Position numbers and translations under genes: made by a program
The notes under the pieces: generated by a model
Database searches by the model: none
What the model was told of the DNA's origin: nothing
The model's input: only the letters and a program-made list of their open reading frames with translations
Assembly (NCBI GenBank): GCA_963710375.1
Contig: CAVPZX010000001.1
Span: 32,001 to 96,000, forward strand
Length of the DNA stretch: 64,000 nucleotides
Source: Nitrospirota bacterium
Lineage (GTDB): Bacteria; Nitrospirota; Thermodesulfovibrionia; Thermodesulfovibrionales; Dissulfurispiraceae
Reading direction: 5' to 3'
Shown here: in pieces, positions 29,929-40,500 of the stretch
Layout of the letters: the number at the start of each line of letters is the position of its first letter
How positions within the stretch are numbered: the stretch's first letter is position 1

Positions 29929-31122
29929 ATGGGAGCACTCGCTTTTTCGCACATAAAGGAAACTTACGAACATCTTTTACCATATATCCATAAAACACCG
30001 CTGGTCTTTTCCAATTCATTGAGTGAAATGTTCGGTGCGGAGATATACCTGAAGGCCGAAAATCTTCAAAAAACGGGCTCATTTAAAGTCCGCGGGGCTT
30101 TCAGCAAATTATCCAGCCTTAAACCGGAGACAAAGATAGTAGCTGCCTCAATGGGTAATCATGCGCAAGGTGTTGCATTCGCAGCCAGAAGCCTCGGCAT
30201 GAAGGCAACCATTGTAATGCCATTACAGGCTTCATTGGTTAAGCAGGAGGCGTCAAAAGGGTACGGCGCGAAAGTTATTTTGCATGGCGAATCCCTCATC
30301 GATGCCCTTAATTACGCGCATTCCCTTGAACAGCATGAATTTATTCACCCCTTCGACGATGACGCGGTTATAGCCGGCCAGGGAACTATCGGCATAGAGG
30401 TGCTGAGTGATTTGCCTGACGCGGATGTTGTACTTGTTCCTGTTGGAGGCGGCGGGCTTATTGCTGGCATGGCCCTCGCAATAAAATCACTTTCACCCGG
30501 CACTGAAGTAATTGGTGTTCAGACCGTCTCCGCACCTTCTGCATATGAGTCATTTCGCACTGGAAAGTTAAGCCAGGTCCAGATTCAGCCGACACTCGCT
30601 GATGGAATAGCGGTGGGCATGATAGGGACAAGGACTTTTGGAATGATAAAAGAATATGTCGACGACATTATTAAGGTAAAAGAGGAGTCGATTGCCCGGG
30701 CAGTCATACTTTGTCTTGAAAGAAAAAAATTAGTTGTTGAAGGCGCCGGCGCTGTCCCGCTTGCCGCTATTATTGAACAGGATGAAAGATTCAGAAAAAG
30801 GAAAGTAGTACTTGTCCTGAGCGGCGGGAACATTGATTTCACCATTATCGACAGAATAATCCGTAAAGGTCTCATTTCGAGCGGCAGGGTAGGCGTGTTT
30901 AAGGTGATTCTGGATGATATGCCCGGCAGGCTGCACCGGCTTACGGGAATTATCTCAGCCAAGGGCGGCAATATATTGAATGTCATGCATGACAGGCTGG
31001 TTCAGGATATTCCTTTCGGCAAAACCCTCGTCATACTAACGCTGGAGGCAAGGGGATTTGAGCATATCAAGGAGATGCATACTGCTATTATTGAAGCCGG
31101 GTTCACGCTTTATAAACATTGA
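29929..31122 (+). CDS. ilvA: Threonine ammonia-lyase with C-terminal ACT domain
   Basis: ENLQKTGSFKVRGA PLP lysine, SMGNHAQG, HPFDD, VGGGGL, SGGNID; ACT DMPGRL. Confidence 0.92.
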   Translation: MGALAFSHIKETYEHLLPYIHKTPLVFSNSLSEMFGAEIYLKAENLQKTGSFKVRGAFSKLSSLKPETKIVAASMGNHAQGVAFAARSLGMKATIVMPLQASLVKQEASKGYGAKVILHGESLIDALNYAHSLEQHEFIHPFDDDAVIAGQGTIGIEVLSDLPDADVVLVPVGGGGLIAGMALAIKSLSPGTEVIGVQTVSAPSAYESFRTGKLSQVQIQPTLADGIAVGMIGTRTFGMIKEYVDDIIKVKEESIARAVILCLERKKLVVEGAGAVPLAAIIEQDERFRKRKVVLVLSGGNIDFTIIDRIIRKGLISSGRVGVFKVILDDMPGRLHRLTGIISAKGGNILNVMHDRLVQDIPFGKTLVILTLEARGFEHIKEMHTAIIEAGFTLYKH

Positions 31123-31158
31123 CTTATTTTCTGAGGCGTGGTATAAAAGTATCAAGAC

Positions 31159-31443
31159 ATGAATGATATAAGCAAGATACAAGGCATGCCATCAGTAACT
31201 CCGGAGGCCCAGAAACCTTCTGATCAGAAGGTTTCGAATGCCTTTAGTGAAGTATTGAATAACGTCTTGTACGCTGCTGCTAAGATTCAGGACGAAACTG
31301 CCAAATCTATTGAGAATATTCCTAGTATGGGAGTTGACAATATTAAGGTAGAGGTGGAAAAGGCCGGTGATGCCATGCACAGGATAATGCAGGCGCAGCA
31401 GAATCTGCTGAATGTATATAAAGCGGTCAACGAAAACCAATAG
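31159..31443 (+). CDS. Small protein with FliE-like pattern
   Basis: 94 aa; flexible N-terminus, then F.EVL...Q, V.KA..A and NLL..YK spacing reminiscent of FliE. Confidence 0.45.
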   Translation: MNDISKIQGMPSVTPEAQKPSDQKVSNAFSEVLNNVLYAAAKIQDETAKSIENIPSMGVDNIKVEVEKAGDAMHRIMQAQQNLLNVYKAVNENQ

Positions 31444-31523
31444 TTCTTAAATCCCCCTCGGTTTGTCCCTGTAATTTTCTGTATGTTAAAGGTTAGGCAA
31501 TATAACAAGCGCTTTCAAATGGT

Positions 31524-32828
31524 TTAACTCTCCGGCACTATATCCCTTGTAGTGACCAGCACTATGCCCTGTCCAGGCCGGAGGTCGTATGAAAATGGCG
31601 CAGGAATATAGTCAAGGGCATATTCCGCGGAAACATCAGCCAGCGGCGCTCCTGCCTGAAGATATTTCTGCAGGTTTGTTGAAAAGAAATATTGTTTGTT
31701 GTAAATGTCTTTATTGAGTATGAGCATCGATTCTTCCTGTGAATGGGCTGATGCTTTCCACATAAGCAAAATATTAGGGTTGTCGTCATGCAGAATCTCT
31801 GTGGGGGCTTCTTCCTGAAATACGACATGGTCTGACTTGACCCTGTTGACGCTTGTTATGAAAGAAGTCAGGTCAATGCCTGTCTCTTCCCAATCTTCAG
31901 GTCTTGTATTTACCACGTGCAACTTCCTGCGGAAGCCAAATTCGAATCCCATGGGCATCATGACGCCCGCAGAGAACAAAGCAGAGAACAGGTAACGCTG
32001 TTTGACCCCTTCTATGTTGCCGCCAAATTCTTCGCAGAGCCTCACCGTATCGTGACTTTCAGGGAAGCTTATGGACGGGGCAATTTCCCGTGTGAGGGCA
32101 TATTGTTCCATTAACCATGGGTTGTGGAAATCCCACCATTTTGAGCTGTTAAAAATATAATCAAAACCGGCGCTGGCGGTTTTTCTGGTCTGATCCGGAG
32201 GGCAGCCGAGCGTCTCAGCAAAAAAAAGCACATCAGGATATTTTTTCTTTATTTCGCTGATGAGTCTTTGCCATAAACTGCCCGGCACCTGATAGGCCGC
32301 GTCGCAGCGGAATCCCTTAAAGCCCAGCTTAGCCATGAATGTCACTACACTGAGAAAGAATTGAAACAGACCTTCTTTGTCTCTTGTACCCCGGTGGTCA
32401 AACCTTGCGAGGTCATTCCAGATCACCTTTTGCCCGTCTTCATACGCGAATGGATGAGCAATGGTGCCGTCGGATTCATGGAGAAACCATTCCGGGTGTA
32501 ATTCTGTCAGGTCTGAATCCGAGGAGCAATGATTGATCACCAGGTCCACCATTACCTTCAGACCAAGTTTCTCCGCGGTCCTGATCGCGTCCATTAACTG
32601 TTCATGAGGTTTTTTTTCGATTTCCTCGTCAACTAATAATGGATTGAAATCAAAATAATCCGCTATCGAGTAAAGACTGCCCGATCTGCCGGTACGCTGA
32701 ACAGGGTTGACAAAAATCCAGTTGAAGCCCATTTCCGAGGCTCGCAATAAATGACTTTCCCAACCGGCAAACTTTCCTGCCAGCAGAGGAAACAGGTTAT
32801 AGATGATCATCTTTTCCGGTTTTCTCAT
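31524..32828 (-). CDS. GH13 alpha-amylase-family glycoside hydrolase
   Basis: SGSLYSIADY, DLVINH (region I), GFRCDAA (nucleophile D), FFAE (acid/base E), ESHD (region IV). Confidence 0.9.
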   Translation of the reverse strand: MRKPEKMIIYNLFPLLAGKFAGWESHLLRASEMGFNWIFVNPVQRTGRSGSLYSIADYFDFNPLLVDEEIEKKPHEQLMDAIRTAEKLGLKVMVDLVINHCSSDSDLTELHPEWFLHESDGTIAHPFAYEDGQKVIWNDLARFDHRGTRDKEGLFQFFLSVVTFMAKLGFKGFRCDAAYQVPGSLWQRLISEIKKKYPDVLFFAETLGCPPDQTRKTASAGFDYIFNSSKWWDFHNPWLMEQYALTREIAPSISFPESHDTVRLCEEFGGNIEGVKQRYLFSALFSAGVMMPMGFEFGFRRKLHVVNTRPEDWEETGIDLTSFITSVNRVKSDHVVFQEEAPTEILHDDNPNILLMWKASAHSQEESMLILNKDIYNKQYFFSTNLQKYLQAGAPLADVSAEYALDYIPAPFSYDLRPGQGIVLVTTRDIVPES

Positions 32829-32847
32829 AATTTTTCCTCCTAATTAA

Positions 32848-33879
32848 TCACTTTCTTATGGCATCCGTTACGAGCCGATAGTTCTTACACAGTACAGAAA
32901 GCCAGAAATTCATCCGTTCAGCATTTCCCTTATCCCGCCAGTGATGAAAAAGATAAGAGTCATCTACAAGCGGAAGCATTCCTTCAACCGGATGAATTTC
33001 GAGAGCGAAGGAAACCTGTTCAGGACCCGGCAACTCCAGTGCTCCGGCAACAATCCTCGAAAGCCCTAAAGGCCCGAACATCAAATCCAGAGATTTTTTC
33101 CCCATGTATGGGAATGGTAGCATAATTTTGTCTAAAAAACTCAAGTGGTCCGCCACTCCGAAAGGGCTGAAGGTCGAGAGCGGGTGTGCGTCGTGCAGAT
33201 GATAATGCAGCGGTTTCCCCAGGCTGCCGATTTCCCGCATCACGCGGAGAACTTCAGCTGGGGCCGCAGCGACCGCTTCCTCGATATCGCCTATTACATC
33301 CTGAAGACCGGCATCGTGAGGCTTGAGAGCACAAATATCTTTTCCCGGGTATTTGCCTGAATAGATACGCCTTGCCTGCCAAAGGCCCAAATGTCCTATA
33401 TCGATGCAGCTGCTCACGCGCTCAAGGTCACGTGATGCCCTGAAAAGAGCAATGAATAGATCAGGCTCAAGACCCGAAGCGTATTCGATAAAGAGATAAG
33501 GACTTCCCCCGATGTTTCTTAATCTCGATTCCAGGTCATGCAGGACAGTTAAATAACTGTCAAAGCAAAAGGCGATCTCGCTCTGATCATGAATTATTAA
33601 TCCGAAGATGCGGTTTTTAAATTTTTTGGCGAAATCGAGGATCAGTGCAAGGCTGTATTCGTCAAAGAGATTTATCCATCTGGGCAAATGCACGGTTGCC
33701 GGTACTTCAGGAGTCGGTTTGAACCTCCAAAGCCTCTCCAATTCGTCCGGACTTTCAGCGTAGAACTCGGGTCCGAGGCCGGCCTCTTTAAATCGCAGGG
33801 AGGCGAGCTGCAAAAGGGCGTCATCGCCGTCAATTCTTTTTTGGAAAAGCGCCAGAATTGGAGGTTTTGGGCTAGACAT
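32848..33879 (-). CDS. Xylose-isomerase/AP-endonuclease-2-like TIM-barrel protein (uncharacterised)
   Basis: VHLP, FIEY, CIDIGH, HYHLHD, DHL, ALEIH metal-ligand pattern; start overlaps the PWD stop. Confidence 0.65.
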   Translation of the reverse strand: MSSPKPPILALFQKRIDGDDALLQLASLRFKEAGLGPEFYAESPDELERLWRFKPTPEVPATVHLPRWINLFDEYSLALILDFAKKFKNRIFGLIIHDQSEIAFCFDSYLTVLHDLESRLRNIGGSPYLFIEYASGLEPDLFIALFRASRDLERVSSCIDIGHLGLWQARRIYSGKYPGKDICALKPHDAGLQDVIGDIEEAVAAAPAEVLRVMREIGSLGKPLHYHLHDAHPLSTFSPFGVADHLSFLDKIMLPFPYMGKKSLDLMFGPLGLSRIVAGALELPGPEQVSFALEIHPVEGMLPLVDDSYLFHHWRDKGNAERMNFWLSVLCKNYRLVTDAIRK

Positions 33880-36535
33880 TTCCCTGTTGGGCCCTAGATT
33901 GAACAAGGTATATCTCATCTCCAGAAACTACCCCCTCAATGTCCTGTGGATGCCCCAGGGCCTTCTCCACAAATTGTCCTATCGACCCTAAACGTCGGGC
34001 TATCAGGTTCCTGTATGTTCTGTTTTCAGAGAGGCTAATGTCTGAGTAATCTATGGTTTTCATTATGATTCCCCCCGAGTGACCAGGCCACAAAGCATGA
34101 CTGAAACTCGCAAAGGCCAGCATCCGGACCTTTTTCGTTTGTTTATTGCAGACTATCCGGTAAGGAACACCGGATTCTCCTGCTGCAGCTAATGTTTCAC
34201 CCAGACCAATCGCCAGCTCTATATAGATTTCTTCTTTATTATAAGTTACCGGATTGATCGTATGCATTATAAATGAGAATTCCGGAACTATCATTTTCTG
34301 AATGAGCACGGCCATATATGCCCTGTCGTGCCGTATACAATTGCTCCTTCTGTTCATTACTGCACGTTTGTTCCATAACGATGCCCATACTCTGCGTATT
34401 GCTATGGCAACATCGGAAGGAGGCGTGTTTGCGACAGAATCGTAGAGTCCAGCCCCGGCAAATCTTTCCATATCTTCACAGTTTGAGCTTGAGCGTACTA
34501 TCAACCGTTCATTAGGCAGGAATTTTTTAGTGACGCCTGAGACGATTTCATCCGGCACCTCTATATGATTTACGATCTCCTGTAGTCTTCTTCCGGTAAC
34601 GGCAAAATCCTTATGCCGGTGGCTGTTAAGGCCGCTGACTAATAGCCCGTACTCCTTTTCGAGCCCGGGTTGGGCAGACAAAGATGCTTCCATCACTCCA
34701 AGTGGAATTACAAGTCCTGGCGCGGTCTTGAATCCGGCATGCGCAAGCCCGGATAATTCCTCAAGCTGCCGTGCCGCAAAGGCTTTGCCGCCGGCTATTT
34801 CCGCAGTGACCCTGTTGAGAGACAATATTGGGGGCAATTTATCTGCAGAGAATAAAACTGCTTCCCGGGCCTCTACAGCCGGCAACTGAATTCTATCCGG
34901 ATCATTATTTTGTTTGTTCATTTTACGATCATAAGAAAATTCCGGAAAAATTATTACACTGACTCTTTCGGCAAAGACATCCAGGTTAACCAACTTCCCG
35001 GCAAGACTTTTTAACTCTTCAAACCGTTCCCTTTCTTCACACGCTGTGAATGCGATATGACCTTGACGGGCGCGGACAGCCAAGTGTGACAGGTGAGGGA
35101 TTTCATGCGCAACTATGATGCCGGCAACCATCGCCGGTATATCCTCTTCCCCCTCGGCCTCTTCCAGAAGTGCTATAAGCGGACCGTTGCCTGCATCCGG
35201 TAAATGACTGATACCTTGCGCTGCAACCAGGCGGCCGGATGCTCTTCCGGGTACTATTACATCCCAGGCAGGGATATCCGCGAGTGTTCGAATTTGTTTT
35301 AGAAGCAGGGCAACGAGTTTAGATACCTGGAATACAGGGTGATTCCGGATTTCCGACTCGCTGAAAACTTTTATTGCATGCGCAGCCACGCCCAGGGCAT
35401 GACCTAAACTTTTTGCCTTTGAAGGGAATGTCGACAGAATTTTGTTACAGTAATCATCTGCCAATCGCGAACATCTTTCGAGAGTGGCTTTAATGCGGAG
35501 CAACTGTTCGACATCCTCAGGGGTAAACTTGCGGGACCAGTTTATCAGTTCGGACTCTATTGCCCGGCATTCCTCAGCATCGAATCCTCCTAATCCAAGG
35601 TTGCCGGTTGCCTGCAATAGTGACGATAAAGCCAATTCCCACGGTATCACATCCCTCATAGTTTCGAGGTGATTGTTTAAACGGCTGAGGAGAACAAAGG
35701 TGAAATCTTCCAGGCCAATGTCTGCCATCTGAAGCTGCTGTGCATTCGGTCCGTTTTCGAGTTCGAGCATTTCCTGAAATTGAATGCGAAGTTCCGTTAA
35801 ATGTTCCAACGCAGTTAACATCTGATTCGGAGTATTTATTTTTCTCTTGATTTCAAGAAATTTAGTTATAGACGATGCTTTGCGCGCGTCAACCTCATTT
35901 ATCATTTCCGCAAGGGCTTCGAGGCGTTCATCCAAAGATAACGCATTAAAAAATTCTTTAAGTTCCTCATGGAAACGCTCGAACTCCTCTATAAAAGGCG
36001 GGGGATACGCCGCGCCGGGTGCAGTAATCTTTTTCAGCAGGCTTTCAGAAGTGACGAGGTCTTCTGGTCCGGCAGAACGGTGGAGTTTGTTCTGAAGCGT
36101 GTGCTTGATTTCACGTTTAAGTTCTTCCGGGATATCATTTCTGTGCGCGATGTCCCTTATGCGTGTGAGGGGTTCCGCCCTTGTAAATGAGGCGTCGAAA
36201 GAGGGCAGGCAGGGGTAAATTTTTCTAATTATAAAAACATTTTCAGGGGTTGCTATTTCAGAGAGCCTCTTATATATTTGCTGTGCCATCTTTGCATGAT
36301 GGGATGGACGATAATGGCCGCCTTCCTCGCTGCATGGGACTTCGCCGGTACCGATAAAGCGGAGATAGACAGCTATATAAGCTAGATGATCTGTGTTCAG
36401 ATTGCAGGTGCTGTCGGCGAAGAGGTCTAGCAGCCAACCCAGCCTGTTCCTCCAGCTCAGGAACCTGCGGTTTGCATCAGCTATTTCATTTACAAAGTCT
36501 TCGCCCGATGTCAAATAGGCCTCCATAACCAGCAT
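33872..36535 (-). CDS. Phosphoglucan,water dikinase (PWD/GWD3)-like protein
   Basis: EEGGHYRPSHHA, PLTRIRDIAHRNDIPEELKREIKHTLQNKLHRSAGPEDL, phospho-His IPHLSHLAVRARQ, PPDK-type nucleotide domain VRSSSNCED..FAGAGLYDS, GLGETLA, PQDIEG..VQSR. Confidence 0.88.
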   Translation of the reverse strand: MLVMEAYLTSGEDFVNEIADANRRFLSWRNRLGWLLDLFADSTCNLNTDHLAYIAVYLRFIGTGEVPCSEEGGHYRPSHHAKMAQQIYKRLSEIATPENVFIIRKIYPCLPSFDASFTRAEPLTRIRDIAHRNDIPEELKREIKHTLQNKLHRSAGPEDLVTSESLLKKITAPGAAYPPPFIEEFERFHEELKEFFNALSLDERLEALAEMINEVDARKASSITKFLEIKRKINTPNQMLTALEHLTELRIQFQEMLELENGPNAQQLQMADIGLEDFTFVLLSRLNNHLETMRDVIPWELALSSLLQATGNLGLGGFDAEECRAIESELINWSRKFTPEDVEQLLRIKATLERCSRLADDYCNKILSTFPSKAKSLGHALGVAAHAIKVFSESEIRNHPVFQVSKLVALLLKQIRTLADIPAWDVIVPGRASGRLVAAQGISHLPDAGNGPLIALLEEAEGEEDIPAMVAGIIVAHEIPHLSHLAVRARQGHIAFTACEERERFEELKSLAGKLVNLDVFAERVSVIIFPEFSYDRKMNKQNNDPDRIQLPAVEAREAVLFSADKLPPILSLNRVTAEIAGGKAFAARQLEELSGLAHAGFKTAPGLVIPLGVMEASLSAQPGLEKEYGLLVSGLNSHRHKDFAVTGRRLQEIVNHIEVPDEIVSGVTKKFLPNERLIVRSSSNCEDMERFAGAGLYDSVANTPPSDVAIAIRRVWASLWNKRAVMNRRSNCIRHDRAYMAVLIQKMIVPEFSFIMHTINPVTYNKEEIYIELAIGLGETLAAAGESGVPYRIVCNKQTKKVRMLAFASFSHALWPGHSGGIIMKTIDYSDISLSENRTYRNLIARRLGSIGQFVEKALGHPQDIEGVVSGDEIYLVQSRAQQGNV

Positions 36536-36755
36536 TATTTATAAATTTATACAAGGAGCAGTCAGGCCACAGTGCTTCGTCTCAACTGCCACCCCAAAGA
36601 TCTTCGATCTTTCGGGGACCCCGTCTTCTCGCAAGGCATCCAGCCTTGCTCCGAGGCTATGACAGCCTGTGTCACCATCCTTGGTGTCACTTAGGCTGTC
36701 AAAGTCCGCTCAGCACCATGCCCCGCCCGCTCCTTGCATAAATTTATGAATAATG
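36533..36755. mobile_element. MITE-like element with 27-bp terminal inverted repeats
   Basis: CATTATTTATAAATTTATACAAGGAGC (36533-36559) vs reverse complement of 36729-36755 CATTATTCATAAATTTATGCAAGGAGC (2 mismatches); internal hairpins; non-coding. Confidence 0.65.
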
Positions 36756-36759
36756 TTTA

Positions 36760-37566
36760 CTAACCGATTATTTTCAGCAGCCTGGTGCGTATCTCTACGA
36801 GAAGGCTCTCCGGGTGCGGCCATTGCTCAAGGATAATGCATCCCGAAAAATTACGGTTTTTCATTCGCTCTATAAGGCCCCTTATACCTGTCGGGTCTTT
36901 TCCAGCCGGTCCTGTGAAAAGGGGCAGGTGGCTGTCATTGTCACCGTAATTTTCGTGCATATGTATATGGATTACCGGCACCTGAGGATCGAGCATGTCT
37001 ATAAACTTTAGGTAATCGTTACGTGTTGCTTTACACAGGTTCGCATGACCAATGTCCAGACACATTCCTACAAGCGGGGGATTGTCAGTAAGGCGCAGGA
37101 GACTGAATAGCTTATTGAAATCTTCAGGCCCTGTATTCGGAGTGTTTTCAATGGCGAGCTTAATTCCGTCATGTGCAAGGCGTTTCTTGAGAGGGACAAT
37201 AGCATCCACAAAGGCAGCAATCCCTTCATCGGCATAAAGATGAACGTTGACAAGAGATGCGCCAGTATCCTGTGCGAACCTGATAGTTTTGGATAAGTGT
37301 TCGAGTGTCTCAGATCTCAAAGGGTTAAGCTGCCACGGGGCGTGGACCGAGAGGCGGATATCATGCGCTGTAGCGGTATCCCTTATTAATAACCGTGCTT
37401 CTTTCGAAATGTCGTTTTCGTCCCAGCCGGCGCCTGACTCATTTTTATCCGGAAACCATTCAAATGCGTCAAAGCCGTTAGCTACGGCATATTCGAAAGG
37501 CTGCATCACGGAATATGCGGAAAGGGCAGTCTGATTGCCGATGCGTACACGCGCTGTTTCAATCAT
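36760..37566 (-). CDS. Xylose-isomerase/AP-endonuclease-2-like TIM-barrel protein
   Basis: GFDAFEW, SVHAP, LAIENT, CLDIGHAN, HIHMHEN, DSHLP, ILEQW; start overlaps the GWD stop. Confidence 0.8.
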   Translation of the reverse strand: MIETARVRIGNQTALSAYSVMQPFEYAVANGFDAFEWFPDKNESGAGWDENDISKEARLLIRDTATAHDIRLSVHAPWQLNPLRSETLEHLSKTIRFAQDTGASLVNVHLYADEGIAAFVDAIVPLKKRLAHDGIKLAIENTPNTGPEDFNKLFSLLRLTDNPPLVGMCLDIGHANLCKATRNDYLKFIDMLDPQVPVIHIHMHENYGDNDSHLPLFTGPAGKDPTGIRGLIERMKNRNFSGCIILEQWPHPESLLVEIRTRLLKIIG

Positions 37567-40500
37567 GTTCAAGACCTGCCTGAGGGCGCGATTGAACGAC
37601 ATAATATTGTCCGTTGGTGTATGCGCCCTCAATATCCTGGGGACCACCCAGGACCTTTTCAACAGATGCGCCGATAGCGGCAATGTTTATCAAAAACTTG
37701 TTTCGAAAATTCTCGTCCCATACAAGCGCCTCTTCCGTGTAATTCAGGTTAACCTTAACGGGTTGCGGCAGCATGAAGCTGTCGTAAAGGCCTGCGCCCG
37801 CAAAGCCGGCAAGGTCTTCTCCATTTGAATCGGAACGGAAGACAAGTCCGCTGCCGAAAAGACCAATGCTTTTCCCCGGAAATGATAAGAGGTGAGGTTC
37901 CCGTCCGCCTTTCACACATGAGAAACTGAGCGCCCTGCCGGGGTAGTTTGCGACCAATGCCTCGCCGAGTCCTAGAACAACTTCGGCATAAATCTCATCG
38001 TTATTGTTAGTAAACGGGTTGACAGTATGGATCACAAAACTATAATCCGCTTCAACAACCCTCTGAACCAGAACAGCCATTATGAGGTATTCATCAGGGA
38101 TGCCGTTTGCCTTACGGCTTAAATACGCCCGTTCATTCCACTTGGAGCCCCAAACGAGTTTAATGCATGTCCATGCGTCTTCCCATTTTTCGGGCCAGTC
38201 TTGAGGCCGCCCGACTCCGGAATTTTCCATCACCGTACAGAGCGAGGAGAACAATTCGTCAGGCGACTCAAGGGCAAGGATGGTTTTTTTTATGTCTTCA
38301 AGCAAACCGTAGCGCGAACTTTCCGTTTCTTCCTTCAGCCTGCCGGAGCAGTTCGTTATGACGCTCTGCAAGTTCTTTGTTGGAAGGCCAGGCGAGGACC
38401 TTTTCAAAAACCCCGAAAGGCAGTGCTGCCGAGGCAGGGAGGTTTATCCAATCCGGCAGTTTGCCCTGCATACGTCTCAGGTTGTTGGATTTGCCTCCAG
38501 TGTTGTCTTTGTTGAACTCGTTCATCGGCACTGCGTAGACGCGCAAAAAAGGTTTTGGAATGGCTGATGTTTGTGTGAGAGGATGCCGGCCATGAGGTGA
38601 TGGGGCCTTCACATCTTCCCTGCTTTCTTCAAATGTAACCTCACCGCCTGCGCTGACGTCCAGTTTGATCAGTAAGCCGCCCAGAGACTTTAACGTTGCG
38701 ATCTCGTCGGAGTCGTAACAAACGGCGAAGAGTATATGCGCATTTCTGGCCCGTACCGCCAGATGGGACAGCACATCGACCGACTCTGGTGTTATGAGTG
38801 CGATGACCCCTTCAGGTATTTCTTCATTCCCCTCCACATCGTCTGCAATTACTACTGCCGGTTTGGTGAAACTCCTGCCCTGTATGGATTTCAAATGTGA
38901 TACCGTTTCGACAACTCCGGTTCCACTACTCAGGCTGATCAGCTGCCAGTTCCCGAGGTCGGCACTTTTCCGCAACAGGGCATCAAGTTTGCGCAAAAGC
39001 ACCGAAAGGACAAATGCAGGCCTCCCGCGCACCACCTCTTCGGTAAAAAGACTGACACTCCAGGAAGCAGCATGAAAGGCCTTTCCGAGAGATTCGGCCT
39101 TGGGCTGAAGGAGTTGGTGATATCGGTCGATGAAATTGCCCAGACCCCGCTGAAGGCGGTCGACCACTGCCTTCACCTGAAGCGGCCGCAGTTTCGCGTA
39201 TCGCGGCATCTTCTCCAGACGTTTCCAGTAAGCAAGACAGCTTTCAAATTCCTCGTCGGCGGCTGAGATACACAGGTTCTCAAGGGACATTAGTGTCAAT
39301 TCCTCCAGCTGACCTAAGTTCAGTTTCGGATGAAGGTTTTTTTCGACAACAGCCCTGAAGAAGTCTTCCATTGCCAGATCGAGAAAAAGCAGGTCACGCA
39401 CCTTGCTTTGATGCTCGCCGAGCCTGCCCGCGACCCAATGTCGTATTTCAGTGATTTTTTCAAGTAGTGTAAATGCACGGTCTCCACTATCTTCCCGATG
39501 TGACAATACATAATCCACAAGTCTTTGCATATCTGCATCGAACATATATCGTGTGGAATTGACGGCTGTGCCGAGATCTGTGCCGGAATGTATTTCCTTG
39601 AGTATTTCGAGGAAGTGCTCGAAATCATGCATCAGGGCCTCTTTCAGATGAGGGATAAAGCTCGGCGGCGACTTGATCGGGCGCTCATAGCTTTCCAGCC
39701 TTTTCCGGGTGACGCCGCCTGCTTCAAGTCTCTTATAGAAAAGATCAATGTTTCCGTTGCTTGCCAGGAATTCCAGATAGGCCTCACATATGACTATATC
39801 GTCGGGTGTGGCATTATTATGGAGCTTCTGATGCCATTCTTCCATAAAATGTCCTGCAGCCTCTTTGATATGATGGCGATGCATTATATTCAATATCTCG
39901 TCACGGACCCTCTGTGCATCCCTCCCTGTGCCGAGAGTTGTCATTATCAGGCGTATGAGCTCCCGCTCTGCCGGCTCGTCAATGTAGCGGCTTGCGAGTT
40001 TGTCCGTAAGGCGGCTTATGGCATGGCCTAATTCCCGCGGCTTGGTATTATAGTTCCGCTGCCAGTCCAGTTGTCTGATATACGAAAAACGGAGCCAGAC
40101 ATAGATCAGCGCAACCCCTTCGACATTATTGCTTCCGAGTCTGTCCAGCAGGTCATAGCAGAGATTGAACCTGTGCATCAATGTCCATGAATTGCGGCCC
40201 ATTTCATTTTCGATGATTTTATCAGCAATAGAAGCAAGGTCGAGACTTTCTGAAAAAGCTTCCTGCCCGGAAGGAACAGCAACAGGGATGAAGAAATTTT
40301 GTCCCTTCTCTTTTATCCAGCGCCCTGTGTCGCTCTGCTTGAGGACAAGCAGAATGCCCGCAGGCGCTTCTTTTTCGTCTATCTCCAGGGTTAACCGTCT
40401 GATATCGACATTGTCGGCAAATGGTGTCTGAGCTGCTGCATTTTGGAATACTGCTGTTCCGGCAGGATGCATCGAAAATGGAGGCACAACCCATTCGTGA

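Noticed and set aside
36526..36762. Idea that the MITE split an ancestral TIM-barrel-PWD fusion
   Set aside because: Removing the element at the flanking TA leaves the two frames out of register, giving an overlap rather than a fusion
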